From NCBI RefSeq assembly GCF_036321535.1, contig NC_087437.1:69814001-69878000 (forward strand): a DNA stretch of 64,000 bases. The letters are read 5' to 3'. Positions 27,111 through 40,539 of this stretch are shown one piece after another. Every line of letters begins with the position of its first letter. Position 1 is the first letter of the stretch. Under the pieces are notes generated by a model. The model worked only from the letters and a program-made list of their open reading frames with translations. It was not told where the DNA came from and ran no database searches. Source of the stretch: Camelus dromedarius (taxonomy: Eukaryota). A program made the position numbers and the translations under genes.

Positions 27111-28263
27111 AACTATGTAATTTTTTTAGAAACTGTGTATTTTCAACAATGAAAAATACTTAAAAACCAACTATCCTAGTCCTCGTCTTAAAGATGAGAT
27201 AACTGAAGTTCAGAGAGAACCAATGACGTTCCTAAGATCCACATCTGATTAATAAAAATATTGAGGTTAGGATCCTGGTCTCCTTATCTGAGTCCAACAT
27301 TCTTTCCTTGGCATTATTTTAGTAGGTGTGCAGGACAGAGAATGTCCTAGGACCTGGTTGGTGTTTCCTGACAATAATCAGAAACTGATAAAGAGGAAAT
27401 GCAGGAACTGGGATAAAACATAGCACCTTAAAAGGAAGGTAAATAACTGCAAGGCTAAGGTGAAGGTGAGGTTTTAGGAATCTATCAGTTTGACCCCTGT
27501 TTGTCACTGTCTGTGGGCAGAATATCCATTTACTTTGCCTTAATTCTCAGAATGTAAAGGCGGAAAGGAAAATATTATCAAATGCCACTGGATTGTTGTC
27601 AAGGAAAGCCAATAAAAATGATTACTCTAGCAATATAAAAATGTTTCCATAAATGCTTAATAATCAACAGTATTTAAGCAGCATGCCACTGAGTAGCTGA
27701 CAGGGTGCCCATGTTTTATGGACAGCATTTATGGACTTTCATAACCCAAATTTTCACTCTTTATGAGTTGTGTATAAATTTGGGAAGTGGTTGAAACCAC
27801 ATATCAAATCAAAACCGCTTATGAGGCACCCTGCCAAATAAGTGTAAATATCCTTGGGAAATCTCACACATGACAGAGAGAGCAGTAGAAGTGGATCTGT
27901 CCTTTGGAGGGCTAAAAATATGGATGATTACTTGGGCCTTAGGAAAATTTTGTTCTGGGGAGTGTAAAGAATTTTTCCAACTCCAGGAACATGGGCTGGG
28001 AATTTCTTTCTTTCTTTTTTTTTTAAACACATAATTAGCATTCCAGAAACTGCATTTATTCTTTTTGCTAAATAATTTGGCTCTAGAAACACATATTATA
28101 TAAAAACCTTTTTAGCACATATCAAATTGCTTGAAGAACTGTCTCATCAATATTTTGTTCCAGAATGCACTGGCATATAGAGGTACCCCATATCTTTTTG
28201 TAGAATTTAATTGAGTTGAGGTTATTACTGTGATTGTTTTCAACGCCACTGCCTGCATTTCAT

Positions 28264-28290
28264 CCCACTCCCACTCCCACTCCCACTCCC
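28264..28290. repeat. (CCCACT)n hexamer repeat, 4.5 units
   Basis: cccactcccactcccactcccactccc. Confidence 0.9.
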
Positions 28291-31200
28291 AACTCCTTAA
28301 GGGCAGTGACCGTATCTTCAGTTCTGTGACCCTAAAGCCTAGCATGGTAGAAAGTTAATATATTTATATTTTATTTTATTTGGAAGGGGAAAAGGAAGGA
28401 ACAAAGGGAGCGAGGAAGAGAAGGAGAGAGGGATGTGGGGAGGGAGGGAGGAAGGAGGCAGAAAAAGAAGGAAAAGAGGTAGAGAGACACTGAGTTACTG
28501 TTTTTCTATTCAGAGGAATGATAAATAGAACTCATCTCTTTCCCAGATCATTATTGATGACCCCAATTAGAAAGAAGTAAAGAGACCATGAAAATAAAAT
28601 CAACATACAGAAAATCTAGGGTAACCCAGAGCTACACTTCTTACTAGTATTAGTGGAGTATTCTGTGGAAGCCACTCATCAACATCGCTGATTTCTAGCC
28701 TCCTGGATGTGTTACTTTGGTAATACTACATCACTGAATATAGCCATGGCAGAAACTTTAGAGTTCTCCACTGGGGAAAGTCAACAGGTTATCATGGAGA
28801 AGAGACAGAGCAGAGAATTCTTTCACTGGGAGCCCAGTGAGCACAGTGACACTATCCAGCAGGAGACACCAAACACATGATCGCTAAAAGAGGCTTGGAA
28901 GTTCTCTCCTCATAGCTGAAAGGAGGCCGTGTGCTGAAGATGCTATAAATACTCCTCCTCCTATAAAGGAATCATCATCAGAGATGCACTGAAATCTTTT
29001 GGCCATAAACATACAGAGATATGGGCAGGCAGAGTGGCAAAGCAGAGATAAGGAGATATGGTTGGAGGATTAAAAAAAAGAAGGCAAAAAAAAAAAATTC
29101 CAAAGGTCCTAATGCAAATGGCATCCACCTTTAATAAACCCATTAATAGTAAAGGAAGTAAAATAAACAAAATGTGTGTAATTTACAAAGAATTCCCATT
29201 TGTATTACAGTAGTGATCAGATTTGGTCCAAAGTTTTGGATCCTCTTACTGACAGCAGTTTTTGTCCTGAATTCTCTCTTTTGGCTTGTTCTGCCCTCAA
29301 CCCACTCCACCTTCTCAGAATGTCTCTCTACACCCCTCCAGGCAATCACAGGACCCTTTCATTCCCAAATAGTAGAGCTCAACCGGAAATATTGTTATTT
29401 TAACCTGGATTAGAATGAAATTCAGTAGGAGATAGAGGAAAATGTGGTACAGGACCGCTGGGAATTTGGGCTTGAGATGTTGTAATAGATCTTGTCACCT
29501 CCAGTTTCTGTGATTCCATGAGACTCACCATACCTGGGTAATTTGTGCTTGTCACATACAGCAGACAAAGATAATAGTTACATCAGTCCAGAAACAGACT
29601 ACAGGCAGCACTTCAAAATCTATCCAAGAGGACAATACCTACCCAAGCTCAGAGACAATGTAAAATAAACCGCCCTTTGTGATTACCTTCAAGTTGAACT
29701 TCATCTACACGTTTCAATTACCTTTCAGTGTACATATTAAACTCAGACTAATTGAGACATTTTTCAGTCGGAATCAGTATTGTTTAGTACAGAGCACAAT
29801 CTCTATTTGCTTCCACTGACCAGACACATTTTTAATCAAATAACTGAATGGAATAAGCAAGACTGCAGGAAGAATATATGAATGAGTAAACAAATTATTA
29901 TCTATAAATTAAATCTGTCCGATTTTCATTCATTCATCACTTATTGAGCATGTACTACATAAAATATTTTATTAATTCATTTGAATGATCATAACTTGAG
30001 AAATAATAAAACTGAATTTCCTTTAAAATATATTATTTTTAGACTTCATTGATTAAAGCTGTCTTCCTTTCTGTTAAGCCAAATCATGAGCATATACCTA
30101 AAGTCACATTATATCTTTCTGTCTCTACTTACAATTTCAGAAATCCCAGTTCATAAAATATGATCTGAGCAATGCCAAATATTTTCTATATTTAAAATTA
30201 TGACTAATTTTTAAGATTTATGGAAATTACATAAAGGTAGTCTGTCATATGCAAAATGATTTCCAGCCATCATCTCTAAGGCTGGAACTCAAACCTTAAG
30301 AAGAGTCGTTAACAAGATTCGTTTTGCTGAGTAAATGAAAACCAAAACCATTCTTATCACATGCCTTACCTTTTCCAGGGAAATATTCCCATCTTCTTAA
30401 CCTCAAGGTCTGGCCCCTGGGGCAGGTATGTAGTTGGAATAAAGATTTAAAATGAGTCACTGGTAGAAAGAGGTGTGTGATTTATCTGAAGCTAGAGAAT
30501 GCTAATAACAATAATAATTAATATAATTGGGCTTCTTCCTCACAGAATTTTGGGGGAAGATGGAAGAAGTAGACCTGAAAATGTCTAAAATTTGCAGTAC
30601 CTAATCTGGAGAAATGGGTATCACGGCAAATGTCCAATAACTACTTTCTCAATCTAATGTTCAGATAACAAGACATTTCCCAGACCATTCTCATGGAGTA
30701 GGTCCTTTCCAAAGGGCACAATGTGGTCCAGGCCAAATTTGAGTCCTTGGACACATCGTGGGTTAAATCACTAAATCTCAAGGAGTAAACCCAACCTTTT
30801 AAACTGGCACAGAAGCAACTTTATCTTCAAGGTTTGGGGCTGAAGGGTATTCATGGGTCATACTAGGCCAGAGAAAGACCTTGGAGACTGCTAGTCTCCT
30901 TTACCACTATGAATGGGTTGGGGTGAGGGGAAGGTCTAATGTCCAGGGGTGAAATTCTGTTAAATTCATCTTGCACTGGGAATGCTCTGTTCCAATTCTG
31001 CACAGGCTCTTTGGGCAGTAACAGTGAAAACACTCCAAGTTAGAGCTCCAAGCCAAAGAGAATCCAGTACCTTTTTGTAATCATAGTCAACATTCGATTA
31101 TGTATGCATATGGCAGAAAGTAGTGTCTTCAATAATAAAATGATAATTTATGTTTGACTTCACAACATGTTCTATATTTGGGGTTTTTCTTTTGTTTTTG

Positions 31201-31850
31201 GCAACATCAACAGACTTATTTTCCTAATTAGCCTGACCTCGATTAATGTCACAATTAACATTCTCTGAGCGAACGTACACATACGCACACTGCTCACCAG
31301 TCGGTGGGGAGAATGCCTGGAAACATACTGTGGGCTAGGGAAAGGTGGTCTGAGATTATGTTTTTGCTGCCGGCAATTCACAAACTAGATCATCTGAATC
31401 AGTAAGGAGTTGGCTGCATTTATACCAGGCACTTCCTAGAGCCAAATAATCACATGAGCTAATTCCCATCCACAAAATATACGTAGCTTCAGTAATTTCT
31501 TATGAAACTAAGTCTATCCAGCACACAGAATATATATTTTTTAAACCAGGATTACCTTGTTTTACTCTTTATGCCAGTTCAGTTAGGAAGGTAATTGCTA
31601 GATTTGTTTAGTACCGGCTGCTACACAGACCTGCCTGAGTTCTCTCTCAGGCTTGAAGACAATTTGAGAACTTAAGTGGCCAGAGTTAACTCTTAGACGT
31701 ACCACTTTGGGAATTAACTGAAGCTTCCCTGAATTTCCTGAAAACACCTTCTGGACATTTCCCGTCTCCCTTGATGGCGCAGGTGGCCCTTCTTTCCGAA
31801 CAGGCCCCCTGGCCCACCCAGCACCAGCGTCTGCCCCGGAGGTCGCTCAC

Positions 31851-32457
31851 CTATCTTCTCCTCGGCTTGGCTGCCCTCCGCAGTCTCCGTCGGAGGCTGG
31901 GCTGCTGCCTTGGCAGCAGCATCCTCTGCAGCAGGGGTGGTGGCGGCAGCAGCAGCAGTGACAGCAGCAGGCACGTCGGCTTGTTTAGGCTCCTCCTTGG
32001 CTGGCGCGTCTTCGGCCTTGGAGGACGGCGAGTTGTCAGTGGAAGCTTTAGTGGCACTTTCTGTCTCAGCCGAGCCGGTCTTCTCCGAGGCGGCAGGAGC
32101 CTGGGGGGCTGCCTGCTCTGTGGCAGCATCGGGGGCGCCCTCCCCCTTCTTCTCCTCGGAAGGAGTTTCACCGGCTTTGCCGGCCTCCTCGGGCTTGGGG
32201 CCGGTGGCTGAGGCCACTTCAGCGGGAGTGGAACCGTCTCCCTCCTTCTTCTCGGCGCCATCAGCAACCGCGGCGTCATCCTTCTCATTCACCTCGGCCT
32301 CGGCGGCGGGGGCATCACCCTTCTTCTCTCCTTTGAGCTTTTTCCTCGTTATGTGTCCACGGAAGCTAGCCTGAATTTTGGTCGCGGCCTTATGAGCTTT
32401 ATCTTCTGGTTTGATGCCATCTTGTTCAATCTTTTGGTCCTCATCATTTTTTTCAAC
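31851..32457 (-). CDS. GAP43: GAP43 (neuromodulin) large internal coding exon, 607 nt, phase 0 start and phase 1 end
   Basis: The minus strand reads a polypyrimidine tract then ...ctccataaag|GTT GAA AAA AAT GAT GAG ([46 protein letters not shown]...). It is in frame with ORF 31714..32292 (Ala/Glu/Lys/Pro-rich) and ends GAG AAG ATA G|gtgag. The IQ motif is present. The Ser codon at 32365..32367 is exon codon 31, i.e. Ser41 after the known 10-codon first exon. Confidence 0.98.
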
Positions 32458-33513
32458 CTTTATGGAGAGAAGGAGGGAAAAAGGAGAGATGGAATAATGT
32501 TCTTTTCCTTCAGATCACAGCAGTCAACAAGTATTTGTTGAATGACTTATTTTGTGCCAGGCACTGTGCTTGGAGTTAAGAAATCAACAATACTCTGGAA
32601 ATTCAGACCAAGCCCCCTCTTTCCCAGGTGAAGAATTTAGGAGAGAACACACCATTTTATGGGGAAATTAATGTCCTTTTGGCCTTCCAGAATCACTGGC
32701 ATGGTTTTATACGTATTTCTTTCCCCAGCTCAGTGTCCCTCCATTGTCAAACTTAAATCAGCCCTTTTGTAGACATATCTTGAAAATTCAAATCACACTC
32801 ACCCTAGGTCTTGATCAAAGTGCTCTGAAAGACACTGATTTTTTAAGGTTTCTGAGCGCGACTTCGTGAAAAACTTTATGATTTAAAAAAAAATATTACG
32901 GAAAAGTCTATTTTTTCCCCAAGATTTCAAGTCTGAGGAAACCAATCAATTTGGGGTAAAGAGTATAGTCAAGGTTTAGACAGCAAATTCCATCAGGTTC
33001 TTGTGTGAAACGCAAATGAGTCCAGGCCTTTGAGGGATTCATTCAGAATGTGACAACTCAGAGTGCTGGTCACAAAATGGTGTCTGCTTTCCTCTGTACG
33101 TGGTCCAAAATCAGTAATGAGCATACCAGACCTTCAAAATTTGAATTCAGAAAATGGCCATTATTCCTGGGTTTTAAAAAAAGAATGGAAAACACTGCTT
33201 CCACTTTTGAAAGAGTGGCACATATTCACTAAACCACAATTTCTTATTCCGAAAGCAGTTTAAGCTGAAAATGAGTTTTATATTATCAATAGAGCCATCC
33301 CAGTACTAAAGGCAAAGACTAGAATACAAAATCTTTACTATTTGATCATGTTACAGCATAACATAGGCTGAAAATAACTTTTTCCCACATGGAAATTAAA
33401 TCAGAGGATAGGAATAGAAGGTACAGTCATGAAAAGGAATGTCTGGGCAAATACTCAAAATTCTATATAGCTCCACTGCCTACCATGACACCCCAATGTG
33501 GTTACTTATAGTT

Positions 33514-33605
33514 TCCATATAACCATTATATTGGTTTCAGGTGTGTAACATAGTGGTTCAATATTTGTATATATTCAAAAAAAATCACAATATGTCTAGT
33601 TAACT
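33514..33605 (-). mobile_element. Short older L1 3' fragment
   Basis: catataaccattatattggtttcaggtgtgtaacatagtggttcaatatttgtatatatt...tctagttaac, the reverse complement of an L1 3' end. Confidence 0.6.
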
Positions 33606-35491
33606 TTAGTGAAGTGTTTTAGGCACTGGGGAAATACAGCAGTGAACAATGCAGCAAATTTCCTTCAAAAGACCAATAATTAAAGGATGCTTATCATGTA
33701 CCAAGTCCTGTGCTTGGCCCCAATCTTGACCTAGGTCTTTGCTCTAGTTTAGGATGCAAATTGCAGCAGGCCAACACAAGGTATGTTTTCCACCTGTCAT
33801 ACCAGCTCTGCCCCAGTGACCCAGATCCTGTTCATCATGATGTAGACCTGTCTGGCATTCTTTGTACAAGCATATGGGTCTGTATTGCTTAGGTCCATCA
33901 ACATGCTAGTAGATATACAAAGGTATTTTTGAAAATAAGCTGTATGTGAGAGTAAAAGCAGGACTGACAAATTTCCAGTAAAACCCAAGACAAATTTTTC
34001 TTCTTCTTCTGTTAACTGTGCATGTACCCATACAAAGAATGAAGGAGTGATGAAAGCACTTTGGAGGGGCACATCCTGCTCCCTCCTCCCCCGGCCACGT
34101 TGCCACACTGCTGATGCACTACCACCTTCCTGCTCTCCTGCTGCTCTTACTGACTCCTACTGGGACGCACACAGCACAATCTGGGGCACGGGAGCAGCTG
34201 TCCCTGCCAGGAGCTCTCTGCTCAGAGATGGATGCATAACCCTGTTAAATTAACAGTTGTGAATGAAGCATGCAGCCAAAATGTTGTTAATTTATTTTAC
34301 TCTATCTTGAGTTTACTGAATGAGGCACCATCTTATATGATAAGACATCTGCAGTTGGGTACTGATGCCAAGTGGTTCTTTAACACAAATACTGCTCCTC
34401 ATGAATGTGAACAAACCAATTATTTCAGAGTGGGCAGGTGAGCAGAAAAGATCTCCAGTGACTCAAGAAAAAACACATCACTCTTTTCTCTTTAACAGCA
34501 CAGAGGAAAGGGGATAAAACCCTTGAAAAGCCTGGAAACCATAAAAAGAAGGAATCTGAGAGTCTGAATGACATGAAGAAGATACTTTACATGGAAAGGA
34601 AGTGCCCCTCTCAATTCTTTCCACCCCACCCCCAAGCCATCTCTGTCTCTCCCTCTTTCTCTGTTTCTCAGATCATCTGCCACTTTAACTTTCCAAATGA
34701 TCAGGACTTAAACTTCTGTGCACAGGCTCTATGTTAAAATGACTGTTTAGAAAGGCTCAGACTAGATTTGGGTGCCAAGACTGTGGGATCAGGCTCACCT
34801 GAACAATTCAGGAGTGTAAGGGGCACAAGAGAGGAAGGGGTGGGCAAGAAGGGAGAGAATCATGAAAGACCATAGTTAAGAGAGAGGTGAGACAATCCTG
34901 TAAGAAGAGCAGAGTACCCTAATAGGTGGACACACCCAAAGAGGTGCTCCAAGTACCCCACAGGCATGATGCAGCTCCTCCCGGAGGAATGCTGGCCCAC
35001 TTAATATCATCAGAAACTTAGGGGAACTAGATTTTAGGGACAGGTTGGAAATAGACAACTAATACAAATTTTTTCAGAGAGACAGAGAGACAGGGATGGA
35101 GGGGGAAGGGGAGAAGGAGAATGGGGAGAAAGGAGGGGGAGGGAGGGAAAAACCAGCCTAAGATGAGCTCAAACTTAAATGATTGAACAGAGGTACCCAG
35201 AAAGGAAAGTATTTTAAGTAAAAATTGGATCTAGAGCTAGACAATGCCAGATTGTGTGTGTTTCTTTCTTTTTGTACCTATAATTGACTCCATAAATATG
35301 GCTTAAACTACAGGCATTTTCTGGTAAAATTCCTTTCACAGTACTGGGGGTAATTGCACTAGGAGTGTGTCTTGCTGAGAGAGGAGACAAGAATGACGAG
35401 AACATTTTCCAAGACTGGCTGCTAGGGTACCCCCAAGGTGTCAGACCACATAGATCTTTTCCCAACTGGAAATAGAAGTGCTTCCTTAAAA

Positions 35492-35726
35492 ATAGATAAA
35501 CAGCAAGTTCATACTGTACAGCACAGGAAACAATATTCAATATCTTGTAGTAACCTATGGTGAAAAAGAATATGAAAGTGAATATATGTATGTTCATGTA
35601 TGACTGAAGTATTATGCTATACACCAGAAATTGACACAACATTGTAAACTGGCTATGCTTCAATAAAAATACACATTTTTATTATAATATATATATTATT
35701 ATGTATATAATATATACACACAAACA
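35492..35726 (+). mobile_element. Short L1 3' UTR insertion with TSD and (TA)-rich tail
   Basis: Similar to 1570..1740 in this window (atactgtacagcacagg...aatatatgtatgttcatgtat...gaaattgacacaacattgta). Direct repeat agaagtgcttccttaaaa at 35474..35491 and 35727..35744. Confidence 0.92.
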
Positions 35727-38700
35727 AGAAGTGCTTCCTTAAAACAAAGAATATTTGAGCCCAGAGATAGCAGAGATCACCTGGTACATTCAGCACAACA
35801 CTTTCAGCTTCTAAATGGAAAAGCCATGCCCTGAAAAGTTAAGTCACTTGCCTCAATTGATAGAGTGAGTGAGTCTGTCAGTGGCCCAGCTTGTAGTTGA
35901 ACTCAGGTCTTCTCCCCAGCCAATCAACCCCAAGTCCAATTCTATTGCATTAGTGACCTGGAATAGCTTAGTCTTTCTTGCAGCAGATTATCCATAAAGC
36001 ATCGTGTCAACATCCTCATTCACCTATTCATTTAACAATACTGAGTGCCTCTGCCAGGCACTAGAGAAACCCTAGTGAACAGACAGAAAGGGATCTATCC
36101 ACACAGGATTCCTTTTATAATACACTTTAAAAAGTAACCTCACAGTATTTATAATCAATAATTTCCCAGGAATTCAAGGAGACACCTGATGAGATGGCAT
36201 TACACCCATCTTATAAAGTAAGGCCAAGTGTCAATACGTCAGTTATGGATGCAGGAGGTCCAGAAAAAGGCGATCCTGGTATTTAATGGCTAAAGAGTCA
36301 GTTTATAATCTCATTAAGATAGATTTATTTTTTAAACTCAATCTTGCCACAAATAAGCTTTATGCTGAGCTCTGATGAAATTCTTTCATTTCTGCATGGA
36401 ATTGTTGCTATATGTTAATTAACTAAGGTGGACGTGCCGACACAGTTCCTTATATGTAGGAAGAGTCACCATAATTTGTCAGAAATCTTCATGGCTATAG
36501 TTTAGAATCTTTTTAGAGTCTTTACTGACCAGTTTGTTTGGGAGTCCTGTAATTTCTAAAATCTTAGAGGAAACTAAGGCATGGGAATTTTTAACTTTTC
36601 AACCAAGATTAAAATCTTGGCTGAATATTGGTTTGAAGAATATGAAGGGTATCTTTATACTAACTTGTTGGGATCTAGTCAAATTTTAAAATCCATTAAG
36701 TAAAAGGGCAGTAATTTTCATCAATATTTAAGAATCACGGATAAGAAAGCTAAATGTAAGAGGTAGTTATTTAATACCCAACATTGTTGCTCTGGTTAAT
36801 AGTTTCCTTTTCCTCTGGGGGAAGAGGAAGTGGACAACATAGGATTCAGTCTAAGATGTCCAAACATTTGCATTCATTATGTTACAAAAGAGCTTTAGGC
36901 AAAAATCTATAAATGCCTAACTTTCAAGACTAAAATAACATCATCCCTCCAATTGGGACACTTCGATTCATTTATTTTTTTCTAATTATCATAGGAATAC
37001 TTCAGTCTTCCAAGTATAGAGGAATTTGACCCTGAATCTACTTCTGCTAGCTCTAAGTACTACTATGATAATATTTCAAATTTTCTCACGAAGAGGACTG
37101 AATTTTAAATGCTTTAAAAAAAAAATCACTGGTGTGGACCAGTTCTTCTTGCTAGGAACATTTTTAGTAAACCAAAATATTTTCCATCTGACTGAGCAAA
37201 AGATATTTCCAAGAAGCAACACTGAAGGGCCAGAGATACCCTAAGCAAACTTTTCTCTAACACACTACAGTTTTCATGCCTATCGGAATCTTTTGCAGCC
37301 CATGAAAGAACCAGAATAAAGTGCGGATGGGTATGTATGAATCTAACAAATACCTACTTGCAGCTCACTCTATATTTATGAATAATTTATGGGGGTGAAA
37401 TTCATGTAAGAATATTTCTATTTTTCAGCATAGTTGATTTGATCATAGTTGATAGCATATAATTTAGGGAAAATGCCCAAGTATTAAAGAAGTTATCAGT
37501 GGAGCTTCTGTACTTGATTTAAATCTAGGCCAAGATCAGAAATAAGAGAATAAGATAATGGGTCTTCAGCTCACTTTCATATAGTAATTTTTTTCATATA
37601 GTAATTATTTAACATGTGCAGCCCAGCTACTTTCTAAACAGTATGAGGTGGCATATTCAACACAGTATAAGGCACTACTGATGGGGAACTCTGTTTCCAT
37701 TCAAAAGAGTTATCGTTTATTTTATTCTGTATATTCATAACTCTATTTGTCCTGCAAAGATAGATGGAGAAAAGGCAAAGAGCACACTATAATTGGTACC
37801 CTCTAACAGACAAAAAAAAAAAAACAGCACACGAAAGACTTTTCCTATTTTGCTCACAGCTGAATCTCCAGTTTCTAGAATGGTGCCTGGCATACAGTAG
37901 ATGCTAAATTAATTTTGTGGAATAAATCCAAAATTTGAACCTCACAATTAGTTCCATTTAAGAAAAATGATGACAGGAAAATTAATCTGGAATCCCACCT
38001 TGTCAACTTTTAAAATCTTTCACTTCCCAGTGATGGATTTCAAGAGCACGTGGCAAAGACAGGCATAGGTTTCGCCAGCACCTAACCGAATAACTGACTT
38101 TATACAGTGAGGCTGAACAAAGAAAACAACTATAGAAATGAAAGAGGTCAGACAAGGAGAGAAGATATAAAACTACAGAAATGACATTTAAAATAATAAT
38201 TTTAAAAGCACTTAGAAAAGGAAATAAATCTAAGATAAAACACCTAACATACTCATCTGTGAGTTGGCTGGAATCATATCAAATGTATTATTTTTCAAAT
38301 ATATATTTCTGCTTTTTCATAAGTTAAACAAGTGAAAATATTCATGGAGGATTGTTGGAGACTCTCTCCTTCCCTCTATTTTGACTTAATCTTTATAACA
38401 AACTCCATGGCCTAAGGCTGTAGGCTAGAGATGACTAGTTCCTTAGATATTCAAGAAAGGAAGCCCCCTTCTGTAGAGTTAAGGTACTGGACTCTCCCTG
38501 CCTGGGTGGGGATACCAGCAATCCTGGCAATGATGTGAGATGGAAATAAACTCAAGACGTTATTTACTTGGAAAAAAAAATGATAGTAACTTGAATTTTT
38601 ATATTTACATAGCACTTGCAACCTCATAGAAATTTCCCCAATGAATTACAGTGAAGTAGGCTGAGCAATTGTGCTAATCCCCTTTATAAAATGAAGAAAC

Positions 38701-39519
38701 TGAAACAGGTTGTGGAAAGCCCCACAAATGAGGAAACAGGTCTTAAACCTAGGCCCCCAATCACTGACATTTTAAGGAAACTAACAGAGAATTCAATCTG
38801 AGAATTTAACACTAAACATTCAGAAAGTGTCCCTGAATAAGTAGCAATTCTAGTATCAGCACTAAGACGAATTAAAGTACTTTTTATGAATAGAATTGGT
38901 CTACATTTCAGGGCTTATAACAGAGGTGGCTCCAGAATCCCTATATAGAAGGGATTAGGGGCAGGAACACGTTCGGAAGAGGGGAACAGGTGATTTTGCT
39001 TGAAACTGCACTTGGACAGCAAGCATACTGCCTTGTACAGTGTGCTTATTTCTGTGAGGCGGACGGCAGGATGCTTCGGCAGGGGCATTGCTATCTGCAA
39101 CGGTCATTTGCACGCGCTTTCATGTTCTGTATCGATCACCAGGTAAGTGCCCATTTCAAACAGTAGTTGAGAAATACAAAGAAAAAAAATTTCTTTGTTT
39201 CTGAAAAGTTGTTTTCTTTCTGATTCTAGAAGATATGTTGCTGTATTCTTCCATGTGTGGAAAAACTGATTGAATTTTTGTTGGGAATGTCAGGTAAATA
39301 GCATACAGGGTCCGGACAGACTTTAATCAACTGGATTTCTATCCCCAAGCTGCTGGATAGTTTAAGGACAAACACACAAGACTCTAGAAAGTCTAAGTTT
39401 GCTAATGCTATTTGTTACTCCTGTCATTCTTTTTCTCTTGTCCCTCCCTTTGTTTTTGGCACCCAGCTCTCTCTAGGTCATCTGGCACTGTCACACTGAC
39501 GACATGCTCCCTGGCAGGG

Positions 39520-39720
39520 CTTTTGGCTCAAATGATCTAAGTTCAAATCCTGCTTCAGCCATGGCTCAAATATATGACCTGACGTAAATCCTTAATTTCG
39601 TTAGAATTCAGTTTCTTCCTCCCTCATGTCGGGAAACTCATACTTACTGTGCAGAATCTTTTGAGGATGAAAGAAAATAGTATTTGTAAAATGCCTGGTA
39701 CTTAAAAAACTCTATAAATA
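39520..39720. mobile_element. MIR SINE
   Basis: gttcaaatcctgcttcagcc...tcagtttcttc...tgaggatgaaagaaaatagtatttgtaaaatgcctgg. Confidence 0.6.
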
Positions 39721-39974
39721 ATTGCCTGAGAGAAAACAATACAAATGAAGTGAAAATTGCTACTTCTGGAGACTAGGGATTGGGTGCATTATTTGATCAA
39801 TATTTTATGGTTTTCTCTCTCTGATAGCTCATGAAGGAATTTTTCAGGACTATGAATATTTCATAAAATTAATAAATGCTCTTCTCAAAAAAAAAAACAA
39901 AACTCTTTAAAGGTACTCTAAAATAGCCTCAGGTCTTTGCAGAAAATAATTCTAATAACAAATTGAAAAATTAT

Positions 39975-40200
39975 ACAGTACTATGTGCCAAGTACTCTTC
40001 CAAGCACTTTATTATATCATATATATATATATATGCACACACGAATATATTTATTAAATTTAGCTCTAATAAGGCCTTTAATGGGTACTATTATTTTACA
40101 GGTGAAGGGACTTAAGCACAAGGACATTAAATAACTTGCTCAAAATCACATAGCTAGTAAGTAGCAGAGCCAGGATTTGGACTCAGAATACTTTGTACAG
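39975..40200. mobile_element. MIR SINE
   Basis: tactatgtgccaagtac...attttacaggtgaagggacttaagcaca...aacttgctcaaaatcacatagctagtaagtagcagagccaggatttg. Confidence 0.72.
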
Positions 40201-40404
40201 GTTCCACGTGAGGGCAAATGACCCTAGGAAGACAGAGCTGGTCCACTCTCTGCAGGCTTCTCCTCCCGGCTCCCAGGCTAGGTGACAAGCGGAGTGCAGG
40301 CTGGGAGAATCCGGAGCACGGCTTGGTCACATTCGGTGCCTGCCACTGCTGAGCTAGTTACCAGTGTCTAAAGGAACTGGCTTCAGAGCTGTCAGCCCGA
40401 TTTC

Positions 40405-40539
40405 ATCTTCCCCTGTCAAAATCCCTTTACAATCGAAAAGTACAAATACATTTTCAGAGCAGGGGCTGTGGTATCATGACCTCATCATCCAGGTGATGCT
40501 GTGACTCATTTTCCTCGTGAAGATTTTGACAGGGAAGAT
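40405..40539. mobile_element. Inverted-repeat element, MER135-like ancient DNA transposon relic
   Basis: Arms atcttcccctgtcaaaatc (40405..40423) and gattttgacagggaagat (40522..40539) are reverse complements apart from one C. The right side tgatgctgtgactcatt...gattttgacagggaag matches my recollection of MER135. Confidence 0.65.

Noticed and set aside
31714..31850. ORF continuing 45 codons past the exon ([13 protein letters not shown]...)
   Set aside because: It begins at a canonical G|gtgag donor and GAP43 similarity stops there. This is intron read-through with no evidence of use.
1..31850. Terminal GAP43 exon (EAVDETKPKESARQDEG...)
   Set aside because: Not found by eye; it presumably lies beyond position 1.
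31771..32374. Overlapping ORFs of 145-154 aa on the opposite strand and in another frame
   Set aside because: Shadow ORFs of a GC-rich, low-complexity exon.
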